Shown here: positions 9,830 to 18,829 of the stretch, piece after piece | How the letters are laid out: every line of letters begins with the position of its first letter | Position numbering within the stretch: the first letter of the stretch is position 1 | From: Desulfatiglandales bacterium | GTDB lineage: Bacteria > Desulfobacterota > DSM-4660 > Desulfatiglandales > HGW-15 | DNA: 64,000 bases | NCBI GenBank assembly: GCA_963667015.2 | Contig: CAXXJJ010000001.1 | Location: 1,664,001-1,728,000 of the forward strand | Direction: 5' to 3' | Made by a program: the position numbers and the translations under genes | Notes under the pieces: model-generated | Databases searched by the model: none | What the model saw: the letters and a program-made list of their open reading frames with translations, nothing else | Told to the model about the DNA's origin: nothing

Positions 9830-10636
9830 ATGTCAAAGCATGCCCAAAAATCAGAAAATAAAAAACATATCATGTGTGTCGCTTTAGCCTTTATTTTTAT
9901 GCTTTTATTGTTGAACCCTCTGTTGCCTGGGGGGAGTGAGGCAAATGCACAGGATAATATGGATAATATGAAGGCCGATTTTCTCTTTCAGAAACCCACT
10001 AAATACTTTGGATTCCGCGGTGGTATTTTTTCTCCGGAGGCGGACAGCGATCTTTTCGATATGATTACTGAAGAACTGACCCTTAAAAAAAGTGATTTCA
10101 GGACCTGGGATTTCGGGATAGAGTTCGGCTTAAATATGCATGAGAGAATAGACCTGATCTTTAACCTTGATTACTCAAAAAAAACTAAGAATTCTGAATT
10201 CAGGGACTATGTCGATGATCAGGAACTTCCCATTACACAGAGTACAAAATTTTCACAGACACCTTTGACAGTTGGCATAAAGTATCTATTTATTCCTCGA
10301 GGACGCCAGGTTGGACAATACTCCTGGCTGCCTTCCCGGTTTGTGCCCTATGTAAGCGGCGGAGTAGGCATATTGTGGTATGAATTCAGTCAGAATGGTG
10401 ATTTTGTAGATTATTCAACATTGGATATATTTCCTGCTGCCCTGGATTCCAAGGGTTCAACATTAACAACTTACCTGGGCTGTGGTACGGAAGTTAATAT
10501 CTTTAAGGCTACCTATATTAATCTGAATCTCCAGTATTACTTTGCGGATGATGATTTAGATAGTGACTTCGAAGGTTTTGATCCCATTGAACTGGGGGGA
10601 TATAGATTGACCGCCGGTATTCAATGGCATTTTTAG
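9830..10636 (+). CDS. Putative outer-membrane beta-barrel protein
   Basis: AGGAGG before ATG 9830, signal peptide, amphipathic strands (FVPYVSGGVGI), C-terminal GYRLTAGIQWHF beta-signal ending in Phe. Confidence 0.7.
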   Translation: MSKHAQKSENKKHIMCVALAFIFMLLLLNPLLPGGSEANAQDNMDNMKADFLFQKPTKYFGFRGGIFSPEADSDLFDMITEELTLKKSDFRTWDFGIEFGLNMHERIDLIFNLDYSKKTKNSEFRDYVDDQELPITQSTKFSQTPLTVGIKYLFIPRGRQVGQYSWLPSRFVPYVSGGVGILWYEFSQNGDFVDYSTLDIFPAALDSKGSTLTTYLGCGTEVNIFKATYINLNLQYYFADDDLDSDFEGFDPIELGGYRLTAGIQWHF

Positions 10637-10648
10637 GGAGGTGATATT

Positions 10649-12025
10649 ATGTCTTCAAAAAATAGACAATTTTTAGCAAATCTTTTTTCATGGCTGTCAG
10701 CAGGTATGAAAAAACCTGTAAATGCATATGGGCAAAAATTTTGCAGTATATTGTTATTCTCCGGGATTGCCCTTGTACTTTCTATAACTCTAGTCAACAA
10801 TGCTATTGCATCCGAAAATGAGGCCTCAGCAAACTATGATAATATCGATGCCAGATTGCTACCCTGGGTTGGGACCTGGCGTCTGGTATCAGACAAAGTA
10901 AATACAAACGAGAGTTCTTCAAAGCAGGAATATTTGTTAACAATAAAGACCGGCAGTAATGATGATTCTATCATTATGAAAGGCTACCAGGGTGAAAAGG
11001 TACTGATTGAAGAAGAGATTATCGCTGATGGGCTTCACCATCCTTTGAATGATAAAAAATGTTCCGGTTACTATGAGTATACCTGGTCGGAAACCGGGAA
11101 GAGGTTATTGCTTAACAGTGAAACAAATTGTCCGGGTGATACCCCGCGCCGGGTCTCAGGCATGTCGATTATTGATTCCAACAGGGACTGGCTGGATATC
11201 CAGTTATTGCAGAACGGCACAGAAAAAGCCGTCAGCATCCGAAAATACAGGAATGTTGATAACGATTCCGGCTCTCCTGTCAGGTTCAATCCTGATAAGG
11301 CCGGTATCTCCAGGATTGCTGCTGGAAAAAATTTTTCAATTGATGAAATTATAGAACTCAGCAGTAAAGTTGAACCGGAAATCATTGAGGCTGCACTATT
11401 AGAATCGCGGGACCCCTTCCCGATTAATTCCAGACAGCTTGCCAGACTCTCGGATTCAGGGGTTAATTCACGCGTAGTGGACCTTATGGTGGCTTTTTCA
11501 TTCCCGGATAAATTTAAAGTGGGACAGGAAGCGATATCTTTGACGCAGGTTAAAGGTCCACAGGGCTATTATCCCAATTTCAGGAGGCCTTACAATTACT
11601 ACTCCTATTACTGCCCTATATTACCATGGCATTGGACATCATCAAGCTACATGTCATATGTATATAGTTACTCATATCTCGGATGGTATTTAGGGGATGG
11701 ATATTACTATCCACTGTGGTCCTGGTATCCCTATTACTACGATAACTATAGCGGTGGAGGCGGAGGGGGGCATGTAAATGTAAATGACGGAGGCTCTATC
11801 GTCAAGGGCAGAGGATACACAGTCAGCTCCGGCAGTTCCGGAACATCGACACGCCGTGCCCAGCCCCGCTCTGCCCCGGTAGTCCGAAGTGCTCCGGTAC
11901 AATCCAGTTCATCTTCCTACTCCGGGGGATCATCCGGGTCTACAGGGGTATCCGGTTCAACAGGTTCCAGCAGCAGAGGGACTCCAAGTGCATCGCCGCA
12001 TGGGTACAGCAGCGGCCGTCAATGA
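10649..12025 (+). CDS. Exported hypothetical protein with Tyr/Trp-rich segment and Gly/Ser-rich tail
   Basis: 458-aa ORF, GGGAGG RBS, signal-like hydrophobic stretch ending AIA; adjacent to the beta-barrel gene. Confidence 0.7.
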   Translation: MSSKNRQFLANLFSWLSAGMKKPVNAYGQKFCSILLFSGIALVLSITLVNNAIASENEASANYDNIDARLLPWVGTWRLVSDKVNTNESSSKQEYLLTIKTGSNDDSIIMKGYQGEKVLIEEEIIADGLHHPLNDKKCSGYYEYTWSETGKRLLLNSETNCPGDTPRRVSGMSIIDSNRDWLDIQLLQNGTEKAVSIRKYRNVDNDSGSPVRFNPDKAGISRIAAGKNFSIDEIIELSSKVEPEIIEAALLESRDPFPINSRQLARLSDSGVNSRVVDLMVAFSFPDKFKVGQEAISLTQVKGPQGYYPNFRRPYNYYSYYCPILPWHWTSSSYMSYVYSYSYLGWYLGDGYYYPLWSWYPYYYDNYSGGGGGGHVNVNDGGSIVKGRGYTVSSGSSGTSTRRAQPRSAPVVRSAPVQSSSSSYSGGSSGSTGVSGSTGSSSRGTPSASPHGYSSGRQ

Positions 12026-12087
12026 TGGCAGTGCGGAGGTTGAAAGGTAGAAAGTGATTTTCTCCTGACCGAATAACATTTACGCAA

Positions 12088-12145
12088 TTATTGGGCTGAG
12101 AGTGAGTTGGCTGCAGTTATGTAACCGGCATTTTCAGCCCGATAA
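12088..12145. terminator. Long imperfect hairpin between convergent genes
   Basis: TTATTGGGCTGAGAGTG...CATTTTCAGCCCGATAA stem with several G-U pairs. Confidence 0.4.
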
Positions 12146-12278
12146 CATTCCAGAGTGTTCTGTACGATTGTCAGATGTTTATTATGTGGAAGAAAGACCT
12201 TATAAATCCTGAGAAAATCCCGATTTATACTGATTCAAGACAATCCTTAATGCTTCAATACCCCTTTTAAAAAAAATA

Positions 12279-14273
12279 TTATTCCTCATTCACGCCCATT
12301 TCTTCCTTTAATTCCTCCATTTTAATCTGTGCCTCTTCCCACTCAGCAAAGGAGTTATCCAGTTTCTGCTTCACTTTTTTATATTCACTCAATAGCGGAA
12401 CACTCTTGCTGCTGTCCTTGAAAAGCTCCGGGTCTGCAAGCTGGGCGGATATCTCCTGCTCTCTGGCTTCAAGTTCGGAAATCGATTCTTCAAGGCTTGC
12501 CAGTTTTGATTCAATCGGTTTCAGGGCAGCACTTATTTCCTTTCGTCTTTCAGCCTTTTTTCTTCTTATCTCTTTCCTGCTTTCTCCGGAATTTTGTGCC
12601 TGCATTTGCTGATTGTCACCCGTTGCCTCAGGAGTATCAACAGGATCAGGATTTTCATCCCTTTCTCTCTCTTTCAGGTGAAGGTAGTATTCCCTCAGCG
12701 TGCCGGGATATTCGATAATATGTCCGCCCCTGATATCCCATATCTTGGTAGCGAGCCGGTTGATGAATGACTGGTTATGGGAAACAAAAAGAAGTGTGCC
12801 GCTATATTTATCAAGGGCATCGATCAATATTTCCGAGGATATCAGATCAAGATGGTTTGTGGGTTCATCCATTATCAGCAGGTTGCCCGGCTTGATAAGT
12901 ATCTTTGCAAGCGACACCCTTGCCTTTTCACCGCCCGAGAGGACCTTTACCGGTTTATCAACATCCTCGCCCGAAAACAGGAATGCCCCGCATATACCCC
13001 GAACAAAGCTTATACTTTCATGAGGTACAACCTGGTACACCTCTTCAAGTATGGTTTTTTGCCGGTTAAGCATCTCCGAATGGTGCTGGGCGTAATAGCT
13101 CATTTCGACATTATGTCCCTGTGTTATGCTTCCGCTGTCACATGATATTTCTCCGCCAATCATCCTTAAAAGAGTGGTTTTTCCATATCCATTAGGGCCT
13201 ATGAGTCCGATTCTCTCGCCTTTAAATACATTTAGATCGATATCTTCATAGAGTTTCTTTTCACCGAATGATTTGGATAAGGACCTTATTGTAAGAACAT
13301 TCCTGCCGCTTTGTGTTACCTCCGGAAATGAAAATTTAATACTCTTCTGGGACTTGTGGGTATTTATTATCTCCATTTTTTTGAGGAGTTTGATTTTGCT
13401 CTGGGCCTGCCTGGCCTTGGTGGCCTTTGTCCTGAATCTTTCAATGAATTTTTTTGCATCCTTTACCTTCTGCTCCTGCTTCTTTGCCTTCGCCTCCAGG
13501 AGGTTGTTTTCTTCTTCTCTTGCCTTCAGGTACTGGTCATAATTGCCCCGGAATGTTTTGATTCCCTCCGGCTCAAAGCTTACGACTCTGTTGACCTGCC
13601 TGTTGAGAAATTCACGGTCATGGCATACAAGGATTATTGCACCGTTAAACTCATTTAAAAACTGCTCCAGCCACATCACCGAAGGAAGATCCAGGTGGTT
13701 GGTGGGCTCATCAAGCAGAAGAAGATCAGGGGCCTGGTAAAGGATACTTGTTAAGGATGCCCTCATTCTCCATCCGCCGCTCAGTTTTGAGACCGGTTCA
13801 TAAAAACTCTGATCATCAAAACCAAGCCCGGAAAGTATTTTTTCCGCCCTGTGAGAAGGGTACATTGTATCGAGGCCGGCCATCCGGTGATGCAGTTCTG
13901 TAAGCCGTTCCGCCAGCTTTACCTGTTCTTCTCCTTCAGCGCCTCTTTCCAGCTCGGCCTCTATTTTTCCAATCTCTTCCCTGGACTTTTTTCTTCCCGG
14001 GACCGAGTCAACTATGGATTGAAGGAGCGGACCAGTCAGTATTTCTCCAACATCCTGGGTCAGGTAGCCCAGTCTTGATCCGCCTGTGAGTACCACTTCG
14101 CCGCTGTCAGGCCGCATCTCATTTGCGATAATCCTGAGTAAAGTGGTTTTTCCGGAACCATTGGGCCCTATCAGGCCGATACGATCACCGTTTTCTACCT
14201 GGAAATTCAGATCCTTAAATATCTCCTTCTGGGAGAGGATTAAACTCAGATTTGTTATGTTTAATAGGCTCAT
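12279..14273 (-). CDS. ABC-F family ATP-binding protein (YheS/Uup-like)
   Basis: Two nucleotide-binding domains (GPNGSGKTT, LSGGW, LLLDEPTNHLD; GPNGYGKTT, LSGGE, DEPTNHLD), no TM domains, C-terminal coiled coil. Confidence 0.93.
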   Translation of the reverse strand: MSLLNITNLSLILSQKEIFKDLNFQVENGDRIGLIGPNGSGKTTLLRIIANEMRPDSGEVVLTGGSRLGYLTQDVGEILTGPLLQSIVDSVPGRKKSREEIGKIEAELERGAEGEEQVKLAERLTELHHRMAGLDTMYPSHRAEKILSGLGFDDQSFYEPVSKLSGGWRMRASLTSILYQAPDLLLLDEPTNHLDLPSVMWLEQFLNEFNGAIILVCHDREFLNRQVNRVVSFEPEGIKTFRGNYDQYLKAREEENNLLEAKAKKQEQKVKDAKKFIERFRTKATKARQAQSKIKLLKKMEIINTHKSQKSIKFSFPEVTQSGRNVLTIRSLSKSFGEKKLYEDIDLNVFKGERIGLIGPNGYGKTTLLRMIGGEISCDSGSITQGHNVEMSYYAQHHSEMLNRQKTILEEVYQVVPHESISFVRGICGAFLFSGEDVDKPVKVLSGGEKARVSLAKILIKPGNLLIMDEPTNHLDLISSEILIDALDKYSGTLLFVSHNQSFINRLATKIWDIRGGHIIEYPGTLREYYLHLKERERDENPDPVDTPEATGDNQQMQAQNSGESRKEIRRKKAERRKEISAALKPIESKLASLEESISELEAREQEISAQLADPELFKDSSKSVPLLSEYKKVKQKLDNSFAEWEEAQIKMEELKEEMGVNEE

Positions 14274-14312
14274 AATAAGAAAGAAAAAAGAGGAAAAATA
14301 AAAGATTATACT

Positions 14313-14339
14313 TAAGTAAAAATACGATAATTCCGATAA
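14313..14339 (+). promoter_or_regulatory. Sigma28 (FliA)-like promoter
   Basis: TAAG-15 nt-TCCGATAA versus consensus TAAA-N15-GCCGATAA. Confidence 0.5.
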
Positions 14340-14344
14340 TATCT

Positions 14345-14416
14345 TTGAACCTCAAATGGTTCAATCTAAGCCCCCAGCTCTCCTCAACCCTCTTAGCATG
14401 GGGGCTTTCCTTTTTC
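14345..14416 (+). ncRNA. Candidate small RNA (two hairpins, terminator with CU-rich loop)
   Basis: Hairpin TTGAACC/GGTTCAA, then AAGCCCCCAGCT...AGCATGGGGGCTT followed by a U-rich tail; opposite strand to both flanking genes. Confidence 0.45.
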
Positions 14417-14435
14417 TGAATTGATAAATCCGAAA

Positions 14436-14663
14436 TTAATGGGAAAAAATGCCGTCAAGCACATCCTGTATTTGGGTAGGGGTAATATATCCTTTGTCCA
14501 GCAGGATTTCACCGATCAGTCGATGAGTTCTGGTCTCTATCTCTTCTTCTACCTGAATCTTAAGGGTTTCAATCAGATTTTCAGCAGTGATAAAACCCTT
14601 TTCAATGGCTAGTATCCCAAACTGTTTTTCGTAATGTTCTATCTTGCCCGGTTTATCAGACAT
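14436..14663 (-). CDS. Small stand-alone MshEN-like protein
   Basis: Two tandem motifs, FGILAIEKGFITAENLIETLKIQ and LIGEILLDKGYITPTQIQDVL, resembling RLGxxLxxxGxIxxxxLxxxLxxQ. Confidence 0.6.
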   Translation of the reverse strand: MSDKPGKIEHYEKQFGILAIEKGFITAENLIETLKIQVEEEIETRTHRLIGEILLDKGYITPTQIQDVLDGIFSH

Positions 14664-14684
14664 AGAAGCCTCGTATTTTTAAAA

Positions 14685-14870
14685 TTAATCCGAGCTGTAC
14701 TTTTTTTTCAATATTCCACCGTATACACAGATCATGACGATGATCCAGAGAGCTACCATTATCCAGCGAACTGTCTCAGCCCAGCCATCAGTAAGATTCC
14801 ATACTGCCCCGCTCCCCACAAATGAAGGAACTATCATTACTATTCCAATGCCTATATCTCTGCTTTCCAT
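14685..14870 (-). CDS. Small two-TM membrane protein
   Basis: 61-aa ORF with AGGAGG RBS and two hydrophobic segments. Confidence 0.65.
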   Translation of the reverse strand: MESRDIGIGIVMIVPSFVGSGAVWNLTDGWAETVRWIMVALWIIVMICVYGGILKKKYSSD

Positions 14871-14945
14871 ATATATTGCCTCCTGATCAGAAATAGACTA
14901 TTCGATTATCATAAAAATTAAGATAAGGCTACCAAAATCCACAAT

Positions 14946-16193
14946 CTAGTTGTCCAGAGTTTTCCTGTCAACTGCGATAGGCTTGAAATATGAAATAAGT
15001 CCCTGATCAAGTAGTTCCATGCCCTTCTTCCTTGCTTCTGCTTCATTGTTAAACTCACCGATGTATACCCTGTACCATGAAGAGGAAAGGTCCTTTTCCA
15101 GAACGTAAAATGCCTTGTAACCGGATTTTTTCAGTCTGGCCACATTCTCAACGGCGTTAGCCTCATCCTTGTTGCTGCTTACATGGATAAAATAGATTTT
15201 TTCTTCCTTTTTCCTTTCGGATGATTCATCCAACAGGTCATTTGAATCAGAAAAATTACTGTGCACACGGGAGTAATTCGAAATTATGCCCGATCTTTTC
15301 AGCTCTTTTGCATCATTGATTGCTTCCCTTAGGGAAGGGTATCCGGTAATGTAAAGCCTGTAAAAATCACCTTTGCTGTCCGCTGATTCATAGCGGTAAA
15401 ATGCATTTTTACCCATATTTCTTAATTTTATTTTCAGGGCCGCAGCGTTGGCCTCATCTGAAAATGCCCCTACCTGAAGGGATGCTCCGGTCAGCCGCTC
15501 ATCATCATGATTTTGTACCGGCTTGGACTTTTGCTCTGTATTTGGTTCGGATTCCTGTTTTGTATTGTTTACTGCCGGAGTTTGTACGGGCTCCAGCCTC
15601 TCTGTTTCAGGAAACGACTCGGGCGTGGCAATAAATTTTTCAGCATCAGTGCCAGGGTCAGGTGCTGTGGACTGATCTTCGGGTATGGGGCTGGGTACAG
15701 CTGCTGCGGTTTGTTCTTCAATCACCTGGCCAGGATCAGGTGACGACTCTTTTATTTCAGTGGACTCTGCCGGCAATGTTTCGGGTATATTTTCTTCGGC
15801 AGGGATTTTTTCCTCTTTGGGAGTTAGAGGTACCTCTTTTACTTCCCTGACAGTATAGTCCGAGATAAGCTCCAGCTCCTTTAGTACCCTTGCCTCCTTT
15901 TCAGCCTCATCCCTTGAATTATATTTTTCTATATATACCTGATAAAAGATGTTTTTGTTGTTCGGGCTTTTTTCTTCCCTGAAAAAGGCATTGTGTCCGG
16001 AGTTTTTTAATTTTGATTCTTCCTTTGCCGCATCCTGTTCATTTTTGAATTTTGACAGGGCAATAGAAAAAAATGGATCTTCTGCATGGGCAGGGGGTGC
16101 ATTTACGAATAATGCAAAAACAAGGAGAACCGGCCATGCGATTGCCATGGCAACTGTCTTGTTCAAAAAGCGATCACTGTATCTTGATTTCAT
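14946..16193 (-). CDS. Exported protein with three SPOR (peptidoglycan-binding) domains
   Basis: Signal peptide; LQVGAFSDEANA, YFIHVSSNKDEANA and WYRVYIGEFNNEAEA motifs; Pro/Glu-rich linker. Confidence 0.8.
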   Translation of the reverse strand: MKSRYSDRFLNKTVAMAIAWPVLLVFALFVNAPPAHAEDPFFSIALSKFKNEQDAAKEESKLKNSGHNAFFREEKSPNNKNIFYQVYIEKYNSRDEAEKEARVLKELELISDYTVREVKEVPLTPKEEKIPAEENIPETLPAESTEIKESSPDPGQVIEEQTAAAVPSPIPEDQSTAPDPGTDAEKFIATPESFPETERLEPVQTPAVNNTKQESEPNTEQKSKPVQNHDDERLTGASLQVGAFSDEANAAALKIKLRNMGKNAFYRYESADSKGDFYRLYITGYPSLREAINDAKELKRSGIISNYSRVHSNFSDSNDLLDESSERKKEEKIYFIHVSSNKDEANAVENVARLKKSGYKAFYVLEKDLSSSWYRVYIGEFNNEAEARKKGMELLDQGLISYFKPIAVDRKTLDN

Positions 16194-16360
16194 ATATTGA
16201 TGACCTGTATATAAACTAATAATTTAACAATTATCTGCAAAATAAATTTTTTGAAAAGCCTTTGTGCCTGAAATGATATTAATAATGCCTGATACGGGTC
16301 AAAAAAATGTAGTATTTTAATAGTAAAGAGTATATGGAATATTAATAAATGTGTCAATCC

Positions 16361-16481
16361 TTGGGTGCCGGCAAGGCGTCATCTGCTGCGTTGCCTTCGA
16401 TCGCTTCTCCCTGCGGTGTATCTTATACGCCTCAGTCGTCGCTCCTCGGCGCCTTGCATCTAACATCTTGATGGTGCCCAA
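16361..16481. repeat. Structured intergenic repeat / MITE-like element
   Basis: GC-rich island in an AT-rich spacer; ends TTGGGTGCCGGCAAG and CTTGATGGTGCCCAA pair (with G-U); internal CTGCGGTGTA..TACGCCTCA..GCGCCTTGCATCT core. Confidence 0.5.
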
Positions 16482-16508
16482 TGGTTTCTGGAAACTGTAT
16501 CTTCAATA

Positions 16509-18092
16509 TTGCTGATAATGAATGAGATAAATCAAAAAGAAACAAGAGATGGCTGGATAAAGCTTATAAAAATATCCATGTCCTCTCCTGGGCTCGGGGA
16601 TAACACCGCCGATGTTGACCGTCTTGTCAGATATCTAAAAAAGACAACAGGCCTGAATAATGTAAGCATTCCTTTTCCACTGATAAAAAGAATCCCCTCT
16701 TTTTTAAGGGAGAATAAATACAGCTGCAATGTTTCACTCTACTGCAATAAAGGAAACTGCAGAATAATCGACGTTTATCCCCCGGAAGATGATCTGCATG
16801 TGTATGCTGTGGCTATTGATCTTGGCAGTTCAACTGTGGTTATCCGCCTGATAGATATTGTGACCGGCGGATATATCGATGAGGTTTCCTTTACAAATCC
16901 TCAACATGAAATCAGCAGTGATATCCTGGGGCGGATTCATTTTGCATCTGATAATAATGGAATAACTCATCTCCAGGAGATACTGGTCAAAGAAATTAAC
17001 CGGGAGATAAAGATTTTCCGGGAAAAACATAATATCGGGATTTCCCGGATTGCAGGTCTGGCTGCTGCCGGCAACACTGCAATGACCCATTTCTTCCTTG
17101 GTCTTAATCCCCACTGGATATGCAGAGAACCCTATATACCTGTGATTAACTGCCCCAATATTATCTCTCCATCGGATGTTGGCATTGATATTAATCCGGA
17201 GGCGCCTGTTGTTATTATGCCCGGTGCGGGAAGCTACCTCGGGGGAGATATTACCGCAGGAATCCTGGCCTCAGGGATGAACAAAAACAGCGGGATCAGC
17301 CTTCTTGTGGATGTCGGCACAAACGCCGAGGTTGTTCTGGGGAACAGTGAATGGCTTATGGCGTGCGCAGGCGCTGCCGGTCCTGCCCTCGAAGGCGGGG
17401 TAGCAGCAATGGGAATGATGGCCGGGCCCGGGGCAATTGACAGTATTGTAATCGACAGACCCACGAAGAATATTCATTATAATACCATTGGGGGAAAGCC
17501 TCCTGCGGGTATTTGCGGTTCAGGATTAATTGATCTTGCTGCACAGCTCTTTTTATCGGGCATGATAGACCTGAGGGGAAAATTCGATGAGAAGGCATGT
17601 TCCGGAAGGTTAATAGATATAGATGATATTAAGAATCTCATTGTAGTAAAAGGAGAGGAAACTCAGGGTAAAAAAGATCTTCTTATAAGCCAGACAGATA
17701 TAAATGCCCTCATTCGTTCAAAGGCTGCAATGTATACGATACTTAATACAATAACCGGGATGGCCAATATTAACATGAATGAAATAGACCGGTTTTATAT
17801 AGCCGGTACCTTTGGTGCATATATTAATCCTTTTTCAGCAATATCCCTTGGCATGATTCCTGATCTTCCGATCGAAAAGTATGTATCTGTGGGAAATACC
17901 TCCATCGAAGGAGTTTCCATGGCTCTCCTGTCATCAGAAAGCCTAGAGGAGGTTTACAGGATCAGGGATATGATTACATATATCGAGCTTAATGTTAATC
18001 AGGAGTTCATGAATAATTTCAGCGCAGCAAAATTTATACCCCATACTGACAGATCTCTCTTTCCTTCTGTAAAAGAAACTGCTCATCCTTGA
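16509..18092 (+). CDS. ASKHA-domain reductive activator of corrinoid proteins (RACo/DUF4445-like)
   Basis: AIDLGSSTV, AGNTAMTH, LLVDVGTNAEVVLGN, CAGAAGPALEG, GICGSGLID and AGTFG motifs. Confidence 0.85.
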   Translation: MLIMNEINQKETRDGWIKLIKISMSSPGLGDNTADVDRLVRYLKKTTGLNNVSIPFPLIKRIPSFLRENKYSCNVSLYCNKGNCRIIDVYPPEDDLHVYAVAIDLGSSTVVIRLIDIVTGGYIDEVSFTNPQHEISSDILGRIHFASDNNGITHLQEILVKEINREIKIFREKHNIGISRIAGLAAAGNTAMTHFFLGLNPHWICREPYIPVINCPNIISPSDVGIDINPEAPVVIMPGAGSYLGGDITAGILASGMNKNSGISLLVDVGTNAEVVLGNSEWLMACAGAAGPALEGGVAAMGMMAGPGAIDSIVIDRPTKNIHYNTIGGKPPAGICGSGLIDLAAQLFLSGMIDLRGKFDEKACSGRLIDIDDIKNLIVVKGEETQGKKDLLISQTDINALIRSKAAMYTILNTITGMANINMNEIDRFYIAGTFGAYINPFSAISLGMIPDLPIEKYVSVGNTSIEGVSMALLSSESLEEVYRIRDMITYIELNVNQEFMNNFSAAKFIPHTDRSLFPSVKETAHP

Positions 18093-18186
18093 TTATGAAT
18101 CTCTTTTTCTATATACTCCATTCCGGTCGAATTACTGCAGATTCCAGAATTTTATATTTTTAAATAGCGAGGCGACATAAAATAAA

Positions 18187-18813
18187 TTGTTTATTACATT
18201 TGAAGGGATAGAGGGCTGTGGAAAAACAACTCAGGTTGATCTTCTTGTTAAATACCTGGAAGAAAAAAATATCTCCTGTATAAAGACCCTTGAACCGGGC
18301 GGAACCGGTATAGGGCAGGCCATCAGAAAGGTGCTGCTTGATTCGAAAAACACACATATTGCACCTCTCACAGAGCTTATACTTTACGCTGCTGACCGGG
18401 CACAGCATGTGAATGAGATAATAAAGCCCGCACTTGATCAGGGAAAATGGGTTGTCTGTGACAGGTTTTATGATGCCACAGTGGCATATCAGGGGTTTGG
18501 CAGAGGCATGAATATGGATCTGATCTCTTTTCTTAACAGTCTGGCTGCGGAGGGAGCATCTCCTGATCTGACTATACTTATGGATTGCCCCGAAGATATC
18601 GGCCTTACAAGGGCACTTGAACGTAACCGAACCCAGGACCTTGAAGATCAGGGAAGATTTGAAAAGGAAAAGATGGAATTTCATCGCAAAGTTAGAGGCG
18701 GTTATCTCAACCTGGCCGAAAAATATCAGGATCGTTTCACGATCATTGATGCTTCAAGGTCCATTAATGAGATAAAAGAGGACATAAGAAGCCTCATGGC
18801 TTCGTTTATTTAG
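18187..18813 (+). CDS. tmk: Thymidylate kinase
   Basis: FITFEGIEGCGKTTQ P-loop, EPGG, ADRAQH, CDRF. Confidence 0.95.
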   Translation: MFITFEGIEGCGKTTQVDLLVKYLEEKNISCIKTLEPGGTGIGQAIRKVLLDSKNTHIAPLTELILYAADRAQHVNEIIKPALDQGKWVVCDRFYDATVAYQGFGRGMNMDLISFLNSLAAEGASPDLTILMDCPEDIGLTRALERNRTQDLEDQGRFEKEKMEFHRKVRGGYLNLAEKYQDRFTIIDASRSINEIKEDIRSLMASFI

Positions 18814-18829
18814 AATACAGGGCAAAGAG

